A stretch of DNA of 64,000 nucleotides from Lachnospiraceae bacterium (GTDB taxonomy: Bacteria > Bacillota > Clostridia > Lachnospirales > Lachnospiraceae): assembly GCA_050874665.1 (NCBI GenBank), contig JBNMLC010000006.1, positions 12,930 to 76,929 of the forward strand, written 5' to 3'. The first letter of the stretch is position 1. Each line of letters begins with the position of its first letter. A program made the translations under genes and the position numbers. The notes beneath the pieces were generated by a model. That model saw only the letters and a program-made list of their open reading frames with translations. It was not told where the DNA came from and searched no databases. Shown here piece by piece: positions 37,865 through 48,814 of this stretch.

Positions 37865-39538
37865 TCACACCTTAAAGCAACTTCCCCCGATAAATTCTCG
37901 AATAATAGAATTATTTGGAACTGCCTCACTGCTAATACCAAGAAAATAATCTAAAAATTTCAATAAACGTTTTGCCTCCGGATATTCTTTATCTTCTGGC
38001 GTAATACTGAATAGTAACGGTTCTGCATACTGTTTTAATACTGACAATTCATAAATCAGTGCCGAATTAAACATAACATCCGCTTCTTCTTGATAAGGGA
38101 AAATATTTTTTTCTTCGCCACGTCTTACAGAATACCACATACCAATCGTTGTTTTTGCATCGGAGCCTCGTGTTCTGGCATCTCTTACCATTCTTCGAAT
38201 CAGACGCCCATCCGTAGTCGGAATTCTATTATGCTCATCTACATTTAATTGTGTCAATGCACTGATATAAATTTTATATTTACTTTCCTTAGGCAATGAG
38301 TGGGATAACTTATCATTAAGTCCATGAATTCCCTCAATTACAAGAATATCTTCTTTTCCTAATTTCATATAATCGCCTTTATATTCCCGTTTCCCTAATT
38401 TAAAATTAAAAGAAGGAATTTCTACGCATTCCCCGGCAAGTAAGGAATTCATATCTTTGTTAAACTGCTCTACATCAATGGCCTCTAAACACTCAAAATC
38501 ATAATTTCCAAACTCATCCTTTGGTGTAAACTCTCTGTCTTTAAAATAATTATCTAATGCCAGAGGATGTGGTTTCATTCCATGTGCCAGAAGTTGAATA
38601 GACAATCTGTGAGAAAAGGTTGTTTTTCCTGAAGAAGATGGTCCTGCAATCATAACAAATTTCTTGTCAGAGCACTTGCATATCTCTTCTGCAATTTCTG
38701 CGATTTTCTTCTCCTGCAAAGCTTCCTGCACCAGCATCAACTGAGCCATATTTCCTTCAACAATTTTATCATTCAGGGCACCCACCGTACTTACATCGAG
38801 CATTTCCCCCCACTTCTCAGACTCTTTTAATACACCAAACAGTTTTTTACGAGGTCTAAATTCCGGTACTGTTTTCATATCTTCCGCAGTAGGAAGCTGT
38901 AAAACAAACCCTTCATCAAATTGTATTAATTCAAAGTATTTTACATACCCTGCATCTGGCAGCATATATCCGTAAAAATAATCTTCAAAATTGCTTATAC
39001 TGTATATATTTACGCTAGACACACGTCGATAGCGGAATAATCTTTCTTTATCCTTCATTCCATATTTTTTAAACAACGCAACTGCATCCCTTGTAGGAAT
39101 CGTTTTTTTATTAATTGGAATTTTTTCTTCCGAAAGCGTTTTCATACGAGCAGACACTTTATCTAAAAATTCCTTTGTAATCTGTACACTGCCCTTCATC
39201 GTACAGTACAAACCTTTATCCACTGAAAAATCAACCATAATTTTTTCAATTTCTCCGGCTTGCGTCATTTCTGCCACATCATACATGGCCTTTAACATCA
39301 AAAGTGTGGCACTTCTTTTATATGCCTTGTGTCCCGCATCATCTGATGTTGTTACAAATGTAAGCGTACAATCCTGCGTTGCAAGTTTATTTAATTCCTG
39401 CAAGTTATGTCCCAGCATAACCAACGCAATATCTTCCTTGTAGTTTTGTTGAAAATCTGCTGCGATTTCCCCATAGGAAGTACCACGTTTATATTCTTTT
39501 ACTTGTTCCCCCACAGTTACTTTTATCGTTGATTGCAT
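37865..39538 (-). CDS. uridine/nucleoside kinase family protein with an N-terminal TGS-like domain
   Basis: P-loop IAGPSSSGKTTF in the C-terminal half. The N-terminus KVTVGEQVKEYKRGTSYGEIA resembles the ThrRS TGS domain. 557 aa. Confidence 0.75.
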   Translation of the reverse strand: MQSTIKVTVGEQVKEYKRGTSYGEIAADFQQNYKEDIALVMLGHNLQELNKLATQDCTLTFVTTSDDAGHKAYKRSATLLMLKAMYDVAEMTQAGEIEKIMVDFSVDKGLYCTMKGSVQITKEFLDKVSARMKTLSEEKIPINKKTIPTRDAVALFKKYGMKDKERLFRYRRVSSVNIYSISNFEDYFYGYMLPDAGYVKYFELIQFDEGFVLQLPTAEDMKTVPEFRPRKKLFGVLKESEKWGEMLDVSTVGALNDKIVEGNMAQLMLVQEALQEKKIAEIAEEICKCSDKKFVMIAGPSSSGKTTFSHRLSIQLLAHGMKPHPLALDNYFKDREFTPKDEFGNYDFECLEAIDVEQFNKDMNSLLAGECVEIPSFNFKLGKREYKGDYMKLGKEDILVIEGIHGLNDKLSHSLPKESKYKIYISALTQLNVDEHNRIPTTDGRLIRRMVRDARTRGSDAKTTIGMWYSVRRGEEKNIFPYQEEADVMFNSALIYELSVLKQYAEPLLFSITPEDKEYPEAKRLLKFLDYFLGISSEAVPNNSIIREFIGGSCFKV

Positions 39539-39551
39539 AAAACTGCCCCCT

Positions 39552-40334
39552 TTACATATACCAAAACGGATTCTGATTCACAGCATGATATACCTCAACT
39601 CCGCTGCATTCCTCTTCTAAATATTTTACCACATACGGAACAAAAATATGTTCCAGACCATAATGACCGGCATCAATAATAGTAAGTCCCTTTGCCATAG
39701 CATCAATTCCCTCATGATGATCAATATCTCCGGTAATCAATACTTCCACACCTGATTTTACAGCGTAGTCAATAACACTTTTTCCGGACCCCGGACAGAT
39801 ACCTGCCGTTTGTACTTTTCGTAATGGTTCTCCAAAAATTTTCACTTGCTCTAATCCAAATTGACTCTTTACCAGTTCTGCTACCTGACTGACCGTCATT
39901 TCTTCCGGCAGCAAACCAGCTTTCCCAATTCCTGCTTTCCCGGTTTCTCCCTCATAAGTTACATCTAAAACGCTTCTCGCTGTCAATCCTATCCTGTCCG
40001 CCGCCAAATCTGCCATATGTGTCACATCAAAATTCGTGTGCATGGCATAATAAGAAATCTCATTTTTCATCATCTTTACGATGCGCCTTCCGATAAAATC
40101 GTCCGTAGTAATTTTTTTCATAGCAGAGAAAATCAACGGATGATGCGTAACAATCATATCCGCTTCCATAAGAATTGCTTCCTCTACCACTTCATCTGTA
40201 GCATCTACCGCCACATATATTTTTGACACCTGCTTTTTTCTGCTTCCTATAAGCAATCCTACATTATCCCAGCTTTCTGCATAAAAACATGGGGATAATG
40301 TTTCTAATCTTGAAATTACTTCATTGCATTCCAT
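39552..40334 (-). CDS. Nif3-like dinuclear metal centre protein (YqfO family)
   Basis: AESWDNVGLLIG and VTHHPLIF motifs. Follows trmK, as in other Firmicutes. Confidence 0.85.
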   Translation of the reverse strand: MECNEVISRLETLSPCFYAESWDNVGLLIGSRKKQVSKIYVAVDATDEVVEEAILMEADMIVTHHPLIFSAMKKITTDDFIGRRIVKMMKNEISYYAMHTNFDVTHMADLAADRIGLTARSVLDVTYEGETGKAGIGKAGLLPEEMTVSQVAELVKSQFGLEQVKIFGEPLRKVQTAGICPGSGKSVIDYAVKSGVEVLITGDIDHHEGIDAMAKGLTIIDAGHYGLEHIFVPYVVKYLEEECSGVEVYHAVNQNPFWYM

Positions 40335-40355
40335 TCCTGGTGCCTCCTTTGCTGC

Positions 40356-41048
40356 TTAATCAAAATATCTCATTGCCTCTTGATTTATCTTTATCTTCTG
40401 TGCAATCTCATGCAGCCGTATCTCCTGTTTTCTAGTTGCTCCTTGCTGCAATGCTTCTTTTATTTTTTCATAATTTTCGTATTCTTTCATCAAGTATTGC
40501 AATAATACCGGATGCTTTTCCTCCAGAAGGATTTTTCCATACGTATAGAAGCATTGCTTCTCTAACTTCATCCTTCCGGCTGCCACACGCATCATCGGAT
40601 AATATTTTCCGTCCTCTTTTACAATATCTTCTTTTAGAATCGTAAATCCATTATCCTCCAGATAATGTCTTACAAAACCGTATTCTGACTGTGGCTGAAT
40701 TACGAATCCCTGTAGGTTTCGAAATATTTCCATACTTTCACCTACAATCTTCATCATCAGTCTTCCGCCCATTCCGGCAATCACAATTTCCTCTACTTCT
40801 CGTTCTGCCAATTGTTTAGCCCCATCGGAAAGTCTTAATTCTATGTATTCGTCCAATTGATGCAATTTCACATGTTCCTCTGCCCGCTGCAATGGTCCTT
40901 TTCCAATATCCATTGCAATTGCACGGCATACCTTACCTTGTTCCACTAGATAAATCGGAATATATCCATGATCTGTTCCAATATCTGCCATCACATTGCA
41001 CTTGCCTGTCAATTCAGCAACAGCAGAAAGTCTTTTTGATAATTCCAT
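40356..41048 (-). CDS. trmK: tRNA (adenine22-N1)-methyltransferase
   Basis: ADIGTDHGYIPIYL SAM-binding motif. Positioned after rpoD. Confidence 0.85.
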   Translation of the reverse strand: MELSKRLSAVAELTGKCNVMADIGTDHGYIPIYLVEQGKVCRAIAMDIGKGPLQRAEEHVKLHQLDEYIELRLSDGAKQLAEREVEEIVIAGMGGRLMMKIVGESMEIFRNLQGFVIQPQSEYGFVRHYLEDNGFTILKEDIVKEDGKYYPMMRVAAGRMKLEKQCFYTYGKILLEEKHPVLLQYLMKEYENYEKIKEALQQGATRKQEIRLHEIAQKIKINQEAMRYFD

Positions 41049-41057
41049 GAATTTCTC

Positions 41058-42185
41058 CTAATCCAAATAGTCTTTCAGCTTACGGCTTCTACTTGGATGG
41101 CGAAGTTTTCTTAATGCCTTTGCTTCAATCTGACGAATACGTTCTCTGGTAACATTAAATTCTTTTCCTACTTCTTCTAGTGTTCTTGCCCTTCCGTCAT
41201 CTAATCCGAAACGAAGTCTGAGTACTTTCTGTTCTCTTTCTGTTAATGTACTTAGTACTTCCACCAACTGTTCCTTTAACAAAGTAAAAGCGGCAGCATC
41301 TGCAGGTACCGGTACATTATCATCTTGAATAAAATCGCCTAAATGGCTATCTTCTTCTTCTCCAATTGGTGTTTCTAAGGAAACCGGTTCCTGTGAAATT
41401 TTAAGAATTTCACGAACTCTTTCTACAGGCATGTCCATTTGCTCTGCAATCTCCTCCGGAAGTGGTTCCCTTCCTAACTCCTGTAATAACTGACGTGATA
41501 CACGAATTAATTTATTGATTGTTTCCACCATATGCACCGGAATACGAATAGTTCTCGCCTGATCGGCAATGGCTCTTGTAATCGCCTGACGAATCCACCA
41601 AGTCGCATACGTACTAAACTTATATCCCTTACGATAGTCAAATTTTTCTACCGCTTTAATCAATCCTAAATTTCCTTCCTGAATCAAATCAAGAAATAAC
41701 ATACCACGTCCGACATAACGTTTTGCAATGCTGACCACAAGACGTAAATTGGCTTCTGCAAGGCGTTTTTTAGCCTCTTCATCTCCTAATTCCATACGCT
41801 TTGCCAGTTCAATTTCTTCTTCTGCGCTAAGGAGTGGTACCTTTCCAATTTCCTTCAAATACATTCGAACCGGATCTTCAATGCTAACCCCGTCCGGAAC
41901 CGACAAGTCAATCGACTCTACATCTACTTCATCTTCTTCGTCTAAAATAACTTCATCATCGTCATCATCTTCTTCTGTAATTCTAAGCACATCAATATTT
42001 TTTGCTTCCAGCATCTCCAGAATCATTTCAAACTGCTCTGCAGTTAATTCCATATCTTGGAAGAAATCGCTTATTTCCTGGTATTCCAGCACATTTTTCT
42101 TTTTCTGTGCAACAGACAAAAGCTCCTTCAATTTCTCTTTAAACTTTTCCATTGTGTTCTCGTCCATGTTTGTGTTGTCCTCCAT
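41058..42185 (-). CDS. rpoD: RNA polymerase primary sigma factor
   Basis: Acidic region 1, [14 protein letters not shown] (region 2.4) and region 4 [20 protein letters not shown]. Confidence 0.95.
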   Translation of the reverse strand: MEDNTNMDENTMEKFKEKLKELLSVAQKKKNVLEYQEISDFFQDMELTAEQFEMILEMLEAKNIDVLRITEEDDDDDEVILDEEDEVDVESIDLSVPDGVSIEDPVRMYLKEIGKVPLLSAEEEIELAKRMELGDEEAKKRLAEANLRLVVSIAKRYVGRGMLFLDLIQEGNLGLIKAVEKFDYRKGYKFSTYATWWIRQAITRAIADQARTIRIPVHMVETINKLIRVSRQLLQELGREPLPEEIAEQMDMPVERVREILKISQEPVSLETPIGEEEDSHLGDFIQDDNVPVPADAAAFTLLKEQLVEVLSTLTEREQKVLRLRFGLDDGRARTLEEVGKEFNVTRERIRQIEAKALRKLRHPSRSRKLKDYLD

Positions 42186-42204
42186 AACTGTTTTTATTTT
42201 GTCC

Positions 42205-43977
42205 TTAATCTAAAGAAATATGCAATTTCTCTAATTCCTGTAAAATACTTTTTTCTTCCAAAATTTTCTGCAGCACTGCTACATCAGAAGAATCTGCTTC
42301 CTTATTCAAATGTTCGAGGCTGTGTTGCTTTACTTTTAATACAATGTCCTTCACTGCTTTTTCTTCCTCAAGTTTTCCCTCTAACGCCTCAACCTTCGTA
42401 TTAAATAATGCCGCTGCTTTTCCCTGCTCCTCCTGTTCTTCAAATCTGCTAAGAATTTGTGCAGGATTCAGTTCATTACGCTGTATCTGTTCAAACAAAT
42501 ATTCAGCCACGATTTTATATACTCCCTCATCAAAATCTTCTACTGAAATATACCTTTTTATCTGAGGGTAAATATTAGGTTTTTCAATCAGCCAGGTAAG
42601 TAAAAGCTTCTGCCATTGTTCGCCTGCACTATCCATATCTGCCTTTTTCTTTACACGCTCTGTCTCTTCCCGATGTTCTACCGGATCCATCTGTAAACCA
42701 AATTTGTTAACCAGATTTTCTAGATTTGCAAATCCAATATGATATTTTTCCGCAACAGCCTCTAAATAATTGTTCCGCTCAATCTTTTCTTCGAAAGTTA
42801 AAAGTTTTTTTGCCAGTTCGTTAATAAACAATGTTTTGCTTTCAGGATCTTTTAAATCATACTGTGCCTCTAACATACTAATTTCAAAGAAAAATGCATT
42901 TTGTGCTGTTTGAATTCTTTCTTCGTAAGCTTCTCTGCCCAGATTTTTCATAAATTCATCGGGATCTTTATATGGTTTCATATTAATTACTTTCACACGA
43001 AGTCCTGCTGCTTTACAAATTGGTATTGCACGCAAAGCAGCTTTTACACCGGCTCCATCACTATCATATGAGAGCATTACCTCTTGTGTATATCGCTTTA
43101 AAAGACTGGCATGTCCGGAAGTGAAAGCCGTTCCTAGGGATGCCACTGCATTCTGAAATCCTGCCTGATGTAAAGAGATTACGTCCATATAACCTTCACA
43201 AATAATCATATATGGTTTTCTTGATGTTCTTGCAATATTCAGTCCGTATAAATTTCGACTCTTTTCAAACACTTTTGTTTCGGGCGAATTCAGATATTTA
43301 GGTTCCCCATCTCCCATAACACGTCCGCCAAAACCAATGACTCTACTGTTCACATCCATAATAGGAAACATGACTCTGTTAAAAAACTTATCGTAAATTC
43401 CTCTTGCTTCATCAAACGTAATTAGACCGGACTCTCTGAGCACATTATCGTCGTACCCTTCTTTTTTTAGGTAGCGGTATAACTCATCTCTATACTTTCC
43501 GGCAAATCCTAATCCAAATTTTTTGATGGTTTCTTCCGACAACTGCCGACCTGTCAAATAACGATATCCGGCCTTCCCATCTTCCTGCTTTAATTTATAA
43601 AAATAAAAATAGGCGGCTTTTTTATTAATTTCCAATAAAGTTTTTCTCAAATCAGAAGCACGTCTGCTTTCTGCATCATTGCTTTCTTCCGGCAAATCCA
43701 CTCCGGCACGTTCTGCCAACATTTTCACCGCTTCCATGAAATCATAATTTTCATATTGCATCACAAACGTGTATACATTTCCTCCCGCACCACAGCCGAA
43801 ACAATAATACATCTGCTTAGAAGGTGACACCGAAAAAGATGGCGATTTTTCATTATGAAAAGGACATAATCCAAAATAGGAACTTCCTTTTTTTTGCAAT
43901 TTAACATATCCTGATACTACATCCAAAATATCATTTTTCATTCGGATATCTTCAATTAATTCATCGCTATAATACAT
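42205..43977 (-). CDS. dnaG: DNA primase
   Basis: Zinc ribbon [26 protein letters not shown] and TOPRIM EGYMDV. 590 aa. Confidence 0.95.
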   Translation of the reverse strand: MYYSDELIEDIRMKNDILDVVSGYVKLQKKGSSYFGLCPFHNEKSPSFSVSPSKQMYYCFGCGAGGNVYTFVMQYENYDFMEAVKMLAERAGVDLPEESNDAESRRASDLRKTLLEINKKAAYFYFYKLKQEDGKAGYRYLTGRQLSEETIKKFGLGFAGKYRDELYRYLKKEGYDDNVLRESGLITFDEARGIYDKFFNRVMFPIMDVNSRVIGFGGRVMGDGEPKYLNSPETKVFEKSRNLYGLNIARTSRKPYMIICEGYMDVISLHQAGFQNAVASLGTAFTSGHASLLKRYTQEVMLSYDSDGAGVKAALRAIPICKAAGLRVKVINMKPYKDPDEFMKNLGREAYEERIQTAQNAFFFEISMLEAQYDLKDPESKTLFINELAKKLLTFEEKIERNNYLEAVAEKYHIGFANLENLVNKFGLQMDPVEHREETERVKKKADMDSAGEQWQKLLLTWLIEKPNIYPQIKRYISVEDFDEGVYKIVAEYLFEQIQRNELNPAQILSRFEEQEEQGKAAALFNTKVEALEGKLEEEKAVKDIVLKVKQHSLEHLNKEADSSDVAVLQKILEEKSILQELEKLHISLD

Positions 43978-43980
43978 CCT

Positions 43981-45000
43981 TTATCCCTTCCATGCTTTCG
44001 GAATATACAACTGTGTAAACTTTGCTATGGCATATGAGTCTGTCATTCCTGCAATATAATCGCAGATTACCCGCTCTCTTTTTTCTCCTTGTTGTACCAG
44101 TCCAATCAATTCTTCCGGCAATTCTTCAAAATTATTTTCATAATATTCATACATTGCTTTCAGCATATTTTTCGCCTTCCGCTCTTCATCTTTAGCTACC
44201 GGATTGCAATATACATTTTCAAACATAAAACTCCTTAGTCCCTGCATTGCTTTATATATTTCTTCCGACATTATGATATCATTCTTATTTTCACTATGTA
44301 TCACAATATCATGTATCATGGTATTTAATCGTTCCCGTGTGCCCTTTCCAAGTACATCCGTATGTTCCTTTGGCAGTAAACTTTCCTGCAGCAAGCCAGC
44401 CCGGATTGCATCATCAATATCATGGTTAATATACGCAATTTTATCTGATAATCTGACAATCTTTCCCTCTAAAGTGTGTGGCATACACGCAGTCTGATGA
44501 TTGAGTATCCCATCTCTTACCTCTTTTGTCAGATTCAATCCGTGTCCTTTTTTTTCTAGAATTTCCACTACACGCAGACTCTGCTTGTTATGTGAAAACC
44601 CTTCCGGACAAATTTCATTTAACGCACGTTCACCCGCATGACCAAATGGCGTATGTCCCAAATCATGTCCCAATGCAATGGCTTCCACCAAGTCTTCATT
44701 TAACTGCAACGCCTTTGCGATGGTTCTGGCCGTCTGTGCTACTTCTAACGTATGCGTCAGTCTTGTTCTATAATGATCGCCTTCTGGCGAAAGAAACACC
44801 TGTGTTTTATGTTTCATACGCCGAAAAGATTTCGAATGGAGAATCCTGTCCCGGTCCCTCTGAAACACCGTACGAATATCGCATTCCTCTTCTACTCTAT
44901 CCCTTCCTGCCGATTTGACACTAAAGGTAGCATAAGGACTTAAAAATTCGAGTTCTCTTTGTTCCATAGTTTCTCGTATTGTCACCGAAAACACCCCCAT
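43981..45000 (-). CDS. dGTP triphosphohydrolase-like HD-domain protein
   Basis: RLTHTLEVAQ and GHDLGHTPFGHAGE motifs. 339 aa. Upstream of dnaG. Confidence 0.85.
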   Translation of the reverse strand: MGVFSVTIRETMEQRELEFLSPYATFSVKSAGRDRVEEECDIRTVFQRDRDRILHSKSFRRMKHKTQVFLSPEGDHYRTRLTHTLEVAQTARTIAKALQLNEDLVEAIALGHDLGHTPFGHAGERALNEICPEGFSHNKQSLRVVEILEKKGHGLNLTKEVRDGILNHQTACMPHTLEGKIVRLSDKIAYINHDIDDAIRAGLLQESLLPKEHTDVLGKGTRERLNTMIHDIVIHSENKNDIIMSEEIYKAMQGLRSFMFENVYCNPVAKDEERKAKNMLKAMYEYYENNFEELPEELIGLVQQGEKRERVICDYIAGMTDSYAIAKFTQLYIPKAWKG

Positions 45001-45090
45001 TTTTATAATTCGCCCTAAAAAAGCAAAATCCTTTATTTTTCTATAATTAGTTTTCGGTTAAATTTCAAAAAACTAAAGTGCAAATGCCAA

Positions 45091-45786
45091 TCATTTAATA
45101 ATTTCCATTACAAATGGCGCTATAACCACCGTGATAATCCCAGTAACTACAATCGCAAGAGAACTCATTGCCCCCTGAATTTCACCTAATTCCATAGCTT
45201 TCGATGTGCCAATGGCATGAGAAGCTGTTCCGCATGCAAGTCCCTGTGCCACCGGTTCCTCAATTTTTAATACTTGAAATAAATTTCCGGCTATGGTTGC
45301 ACCTAAAAGCCCGGTGATTACTACACTGATTACCGTAACTGAGGTAATTCCCCCTAACTCTTCACCAACGCCAATTGCAATCGCAGTCGTTAAAGATTTC
45401 GGAATCAACGACGCTTTCAATTCCGGAGACATTTTAAAAGCAATCGCTAACACGCCTACTACTATGGCATTCGAGATACAGCCGGCACCGATACTTAACA
45501 GTATGGCAGTAACGTTTCTTTTTAAAATCTCAAACTGTCGATACAATGGTACTGCAAGGCACACTGTAGCCGGTGTTAAAAAATAGGTTAGATACTGTGC
45601 TCCATAATTATAAGTATCGTAATCAATATGAAATATTAACAGCACTGCAATGATAAAAATAGTACTTAACAACAGTGGATTACAAAGAGTAACCTTCACT
45701 TTTTTACTTATAAGCATTGCCACCCAGTAAAACAACAGGCTGATTACAATTCCAAAATACACTGAATTTGCAAAAAAATCATTCAT
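45091..45786 (-). CDS. lrgB: LrgB/CidB family protein
   Basis: 231-aa polytopic membrane protein overlapping the lrgA-like gene by 8 nt. Confidence 0.85.
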   Translation of the reverse strand: MNDFFANSVYFGIVISLLFYWVAMLISKKVKVTLCNPLLLSTIFIIAVLLIFHIDYDTYNYGAQYLTYFLTPATVCLAVPLYRQFEILKRNVTAILLSIGAGCISNAIVVGVLAIAFKMSPELKASLIPKSLTTAIAIGVGEELGGITSVTVISVVITGLLGATIAGNLFQVLKIEEPVAQGLACGTASHAIGTSKAMELGEIQGAMSSLAIVVTGIITVVIAPFVMEIIK

Positions 45787-46150
45787 TTTCTGTTTCCTCC
45801 TTCTTTTTGCTCTTCCGTATAATCATTTGCGAAACCAATCCTGTCACTGCCATTACTAGCACGGTAGTTACCACAGTAATTAAAAGAATTCCCAAAATAC
45901 TCCCCTTCAACCCCGGTAATGTCTCCATCATACTTACTGCTGGTGCTATAAACAAAACCGGCATAATATTCACGAAAAAATCTGCGGTCTCTTCCACTTG
46001 TTCTAATTTTATCACTCCACTGAGCAATGCAAGAAATAGGAGTACCAGTCCATATACACTCGCCGGTACTGAAAATGGTAATATTAAGTTTAAAATTTCA
46101 CCTAACAAGGTAACACCGCCAATAATGGCGAACTGAATTAAATATTTCAT
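45779..46150 (-). CDS. lrgA: CidA/LrgA family holin-like protein
   Basis: MKYLIQFAIIGGVTLLGEILN... is typical. Start uncertain: ATG at 46150 or the track start at 46186. Confidence 0.75.
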   Translation of the reverse strand: MKYLIQFAIIGGVTLLGEILNLILPFSVPASVYGLVLLFLALLSGVIKLEQVEETADFFVNIMPVLFIAPAVSMMETLPGLKGSILGILLITVVTTVLVMAVTGLVSQMIIRKSKKKEETENE

Positions 46151-46197
46151 AAAGCTTTGCCTTTCTGCAGCAGCTATGTGAAACATATTTTATAACC

Positions 46198-46232
46198 GCA
46201 AAAGACTGTTTCATTAGGAAACAGTCTTTTGC
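46198..46232 (-). terminator. hairpin after the 121-aa ORF
   Basis: Perfect 15-bp stem gcaaaagactgtttc/gaaacagtcttttgc with a 5-nt loop. Confidence 0.55.
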
Positions 46233-46241
46233 AAGGCTTTA

Positions 46242-46607
46242 TTAACCAACAATGTCTGTAATATCTACTTTCTGCCTTGTGCTTAGATGCTTATTTACAT
46301 ACTGTTCCATCATCTGCAGGTTGTCCCGAAGACTTACCAGAGATGGAATTGCCTTATCACTAGAGATGGTGATAATATCAACCTGCTGTAATTCATCATA
46401 AAGCCTTGTCACCGCTGCCTGTATTTTTTCTAATTGTTCTACATTTACAAATTTTCCCTCGTTTTTGCGAATGTCCAATTCAAACTCTAATGCCAAAAGG
46501 ATTCCTGCATCTCTGGGATCGCTTTTTCCTTCTTTGCTCTTCTTCTTAATTTCATCCATCATAAGAACTATATTTTCTTCTGACATTTCTTTGAATTTTC
46601 TTTCCAT
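46242..46607 (-). CDS. hypothetical protein (121 aa, helical/charged)
   Basis: Clean ORF downstream of the CobW-like genes. No family recognised. Confidence 0.5.
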   Translation of the reverse strand: MERKFKEMSEENIVLMMDEIKKKSKEGKSDPRDAGILLALEFELDIRKNEGKFVNVEQLEKIQAAVTRLYDELQQVDIITISSDKAIPSLVSLRDNLQMMEQYVNKHLSTRQKVDITDIVG

Positions 46608-46660
46608 AAGATTACCTCCCTAATATTATCTGCTCTCCACTGTAAATAATTCCATTTTGT

Positions 46661-47611
46661 CTAATTAAAATAGACAAGATCTTCCTCTGCCGGTTCCGCC
46701 TTTTCGATTTTCTCTGCATATAATACCGGACCATCACCTTGATAGTCTTTCTGATATTCACAACCGATTTCTGCGGTCACATACACCCACTCCCGCACAT
46801 TATATGGTGCAATCATATTGCTGTCACACTTGCACACAAAACCAATAAACCCAATATCGTCCGCACAACAGGTCATCGCAAACCTTCCCGGAACAAAACA
46901 TCCTTTCGGAAGTTTTGGAGATTTATATACCACTGCTTTAAAATGAATCTTTTTTCCAACGTATTTTTGTGGGTTATCCGCCGCATCCAGATACCAAAGT
47001 CCATAATCATCATCTTCAATTTCAATCACAGGTGCATTGATATCAAACGGCATTTCCTCTTCTACTTCTGTATCCGGCATACCATCTTCGGACTCAAAAT
47101 AAATCTGTGCCCTTCTGTTTACTGCCTTAATGCTCTTTCGCAGTGCAGCTTTCTTTGTTTCTTTATTGCATCGGTTAAAAATCACCATGTCTGCATCTGT
47201 AAAATGTGTCATCATTAATGAACGCATATTGTTCAAATACAACTCAAACGTTGGTGCAGCTACCGTAGTAATTACCTGAACTAACTGCCATCTTTTTGGC
47301 ATTAACTCTGATGACATAGCTTCCGGTGTCCACATTCCATTATATTCAATAATTACCTTCTTCGGTTTGTATTTTTTCTGACATTCCGCATAAAATTCTG
47401 CTGTCAATTGTTCTTTTTCTTCCACTTCCACTAAAGAAATATTGCAACGCTTTAATCCCTCTTCCGAGTACTCTACTTCCCCTTGTTCACAAGAGATTAA
47501 TAATACAGATTCTCCATTAAAAAGGTCCTGATCCTGCAATGTATCATTAATGAAAGTTGATTTTCCGCTTTCTAAAAAGCCCATAAAAACATATACCGGT
47601 ATTTCTAACAT
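46661..47611 (-). CDS. degenerate G3E/CobW-like P-loop domain fused to a Cys-rich C-terminal domain (DUF1980/TIGR03943-like)
   Basis: GFLESGKST P-loop, but no CxCC motif. The C-terminal GRFAMTCCADDIGFIGFVCKCD resembles the CCADD-type domain. Start uncertain: ATG 47611 or TTG 47623. Confidence 0.55.
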   Translation of the reverse strand: MLEIPVYVFMGFLESGKSTFINDTLQDQDLFNGESVLLISCEQGEVEYSEEGLKRCNISLVEVEEKEQLTAEFYAECQKKYKPKKVIIEYNGMWTPEAMSSELMPKRWQLVQVITTVAAPTFELYLNNMRSLMMTHFTDADMVIFNRCNKETKKAALRKSIKAVNRRAQIYFESEDGMPDTEVEEEMPFDINAPVIEIEDDDYGLWYLDAADNPQKYVGKKIHFKAVVYKSPKLPKGCFVPGRFAMTCCADDIGFIGFVCKCDSNMIAPYNVREWVYVTAEIGCEYQKDYQGDGPVLYAEKIEKAEPAEEDLVYFN

Positions 47612-47635
47612 AATTTGTACCAAGCCTTTCGCGTT

Positions 47636-48676
47636 TTAAATTTCAAACAATTCCTGAATCTTATCGGTATCAAGATTTGTTCCAATTACACAAAGTCTGC
47701 CTGTGTAATCTGCTGCCCCTGTTCTAACTTCATATTCTCCCGGAACCAGATCAAAATGAAGCCACGTTCCGTCTTCTGCAGGTAAAATTCCTTTCGCCCG
47801 AAGAATGCTTCCATAGCCATTATCATTTGCAAGTTTCTCTAAAATTTCCTTCAAACTATTTTCTTCAAATTTATGCGGTGTTTCCGTTCCCCAACTTGTA
47901 AACACATCATCTGCATGATGATGGTGATGATCATGGTCATGATGATGGTCGTGGTCACAGCATTCATGATCGTGGTCATGATGATGGTCATGGTCGTGAT
48001 GATGGTCATGGTCGTGGTCGTGATGATGTCCGCATTCCGGACAAATCTCTTCCTCTTTCATCATTTCATCCAACAGAGAATGCTCCTGTTCCATTGCTTT
48101 TAAAATTTGTGCTCCCTCAAGATTATCCCACGGTGTTGTAATAATCACAGCATTTTCATTATGTTCTTTTATTGCCTGAACACACTTGTCTAGTTTTTCC
48201 ATAGACATATTCTGCGTACGACTTAAAACAATGGTCTTTGCACTTTCAATCTGGTTATTAAAAAATTCTCCAAAGTTTTTCATATACATAGCAGCCTTGG
48301 TAGCATCCACAACAGCCGTAGTACTATTCAGATAAATTTCCACATTCTCGTTAACTCCCTGAACCGCTTTGATTACATCAGATAATTTTCCAACTCCTGA
48401 AGGTTCAATAATGACTCTGTCCGGCTGGTATGTGGTAAGCACCTCTTTTAATGCTGTACCAAAATCACCTACTAAAGAGCAGCAGATACAACCTGAATTC
48501 ATTTCTGTCACCTGCACTCCGGCTTCTTTTAAAAATCCACCATCAATTCCGATTTCACCAAATTCATTTTCAATCAGAACAAGTTTCTCCTTTCCTAAAG
48601 ATTCTTTAATAAGTTTTTTAATTAAAGTTGTTTTTCCGGCTCCTAAGAATCCGGAAATAATGTCTATTTTAGCCAT
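47636..48676 (-). CDS. CobW/COG0523 family G3E GTPase metallochaperone with a His/Asp-rich tract
   Basis: GFLGAGKTTLI P-loop, GCICCSL metal motif and an HHHDHDHDHHHDHDHHHDHDHECCDHDHHHDHDHHHHH insert. Confidence 0.85.
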   Translation of the reverse strand: MAKIDIISGFLGAGKTTLIKKLIKESLGKEKLVLIENEFGEIGIDGGFLKEAGVQVTEMNSGCICCSLVGDFGTALKEVLTTYQPDRVIIEPSGVGKLSDVIKAVQGVNENVEIYLNSTTAVVDATKAAMYMKNFGEFFNNQIESAKTIVLSRTQNMSMEKLDKCVQAIKEHNENAVIITTPWDNLEGAQILKAMEQEHSLLDEMMKEEEICPECGHHHDHDHDHHHDHDHHHDHDHECCDHDHHHDHDHHHHHADDVFTSWGTETPHKFEENSLKEILEKLANDNGYGSILRAKGILPAEDGTWLHFDLVPGEYEVRTGAADYTGRLCVIGTNLDTDKIQELFEI

Positions 48677-48814
48677 ATTCTCCGTCCTTTCTATCTTTTC
48701 ACACTAATTTTATTATAACGCTATTCTCTGCTATTTTCAAGATTGGACATTTTTCTTTTAAATAGCAAAAAACTGCCACAAAATTAATTTCTTAATTCTG
48801 TAGCAGATCTGTTA

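Noticed and set aside
41728-42213. 161-aa plus-strand ORF (Ser-rich), and similar long antisense ORFs at 11001-11564, 53370-53864, 46739-47218, 45768-46136, 27574-28008 and 7520-7945
   Set aside because: All lie antisense to well-supported genes (rpoD, uvrB, hflX, CobW-like, lrgA, permease, maf/uvrA). They have low-complexity or biased composition and no SD. They are typical shadow ORFs of AT-rich genomes.
47873-48103. 76-aa ORF MRCFRSPTCKHIICMMMVMIMVMMMVVV...
   Set aside because: It is the reverse-complement reading of the His/Asp codon repeat in the CobW gene, so it is an artefact of the repeat.
48677-48800. Zur box upstream of the CobW-family genes
   Set aside because: A clear TTGAAA-17-TATAAT promoter is present, but there is no TCGTAAT-N-ATTACGA-like palindrome. 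The only palindrome (ATTAA-gaaa-TTAAT) lies upstream of the -35.
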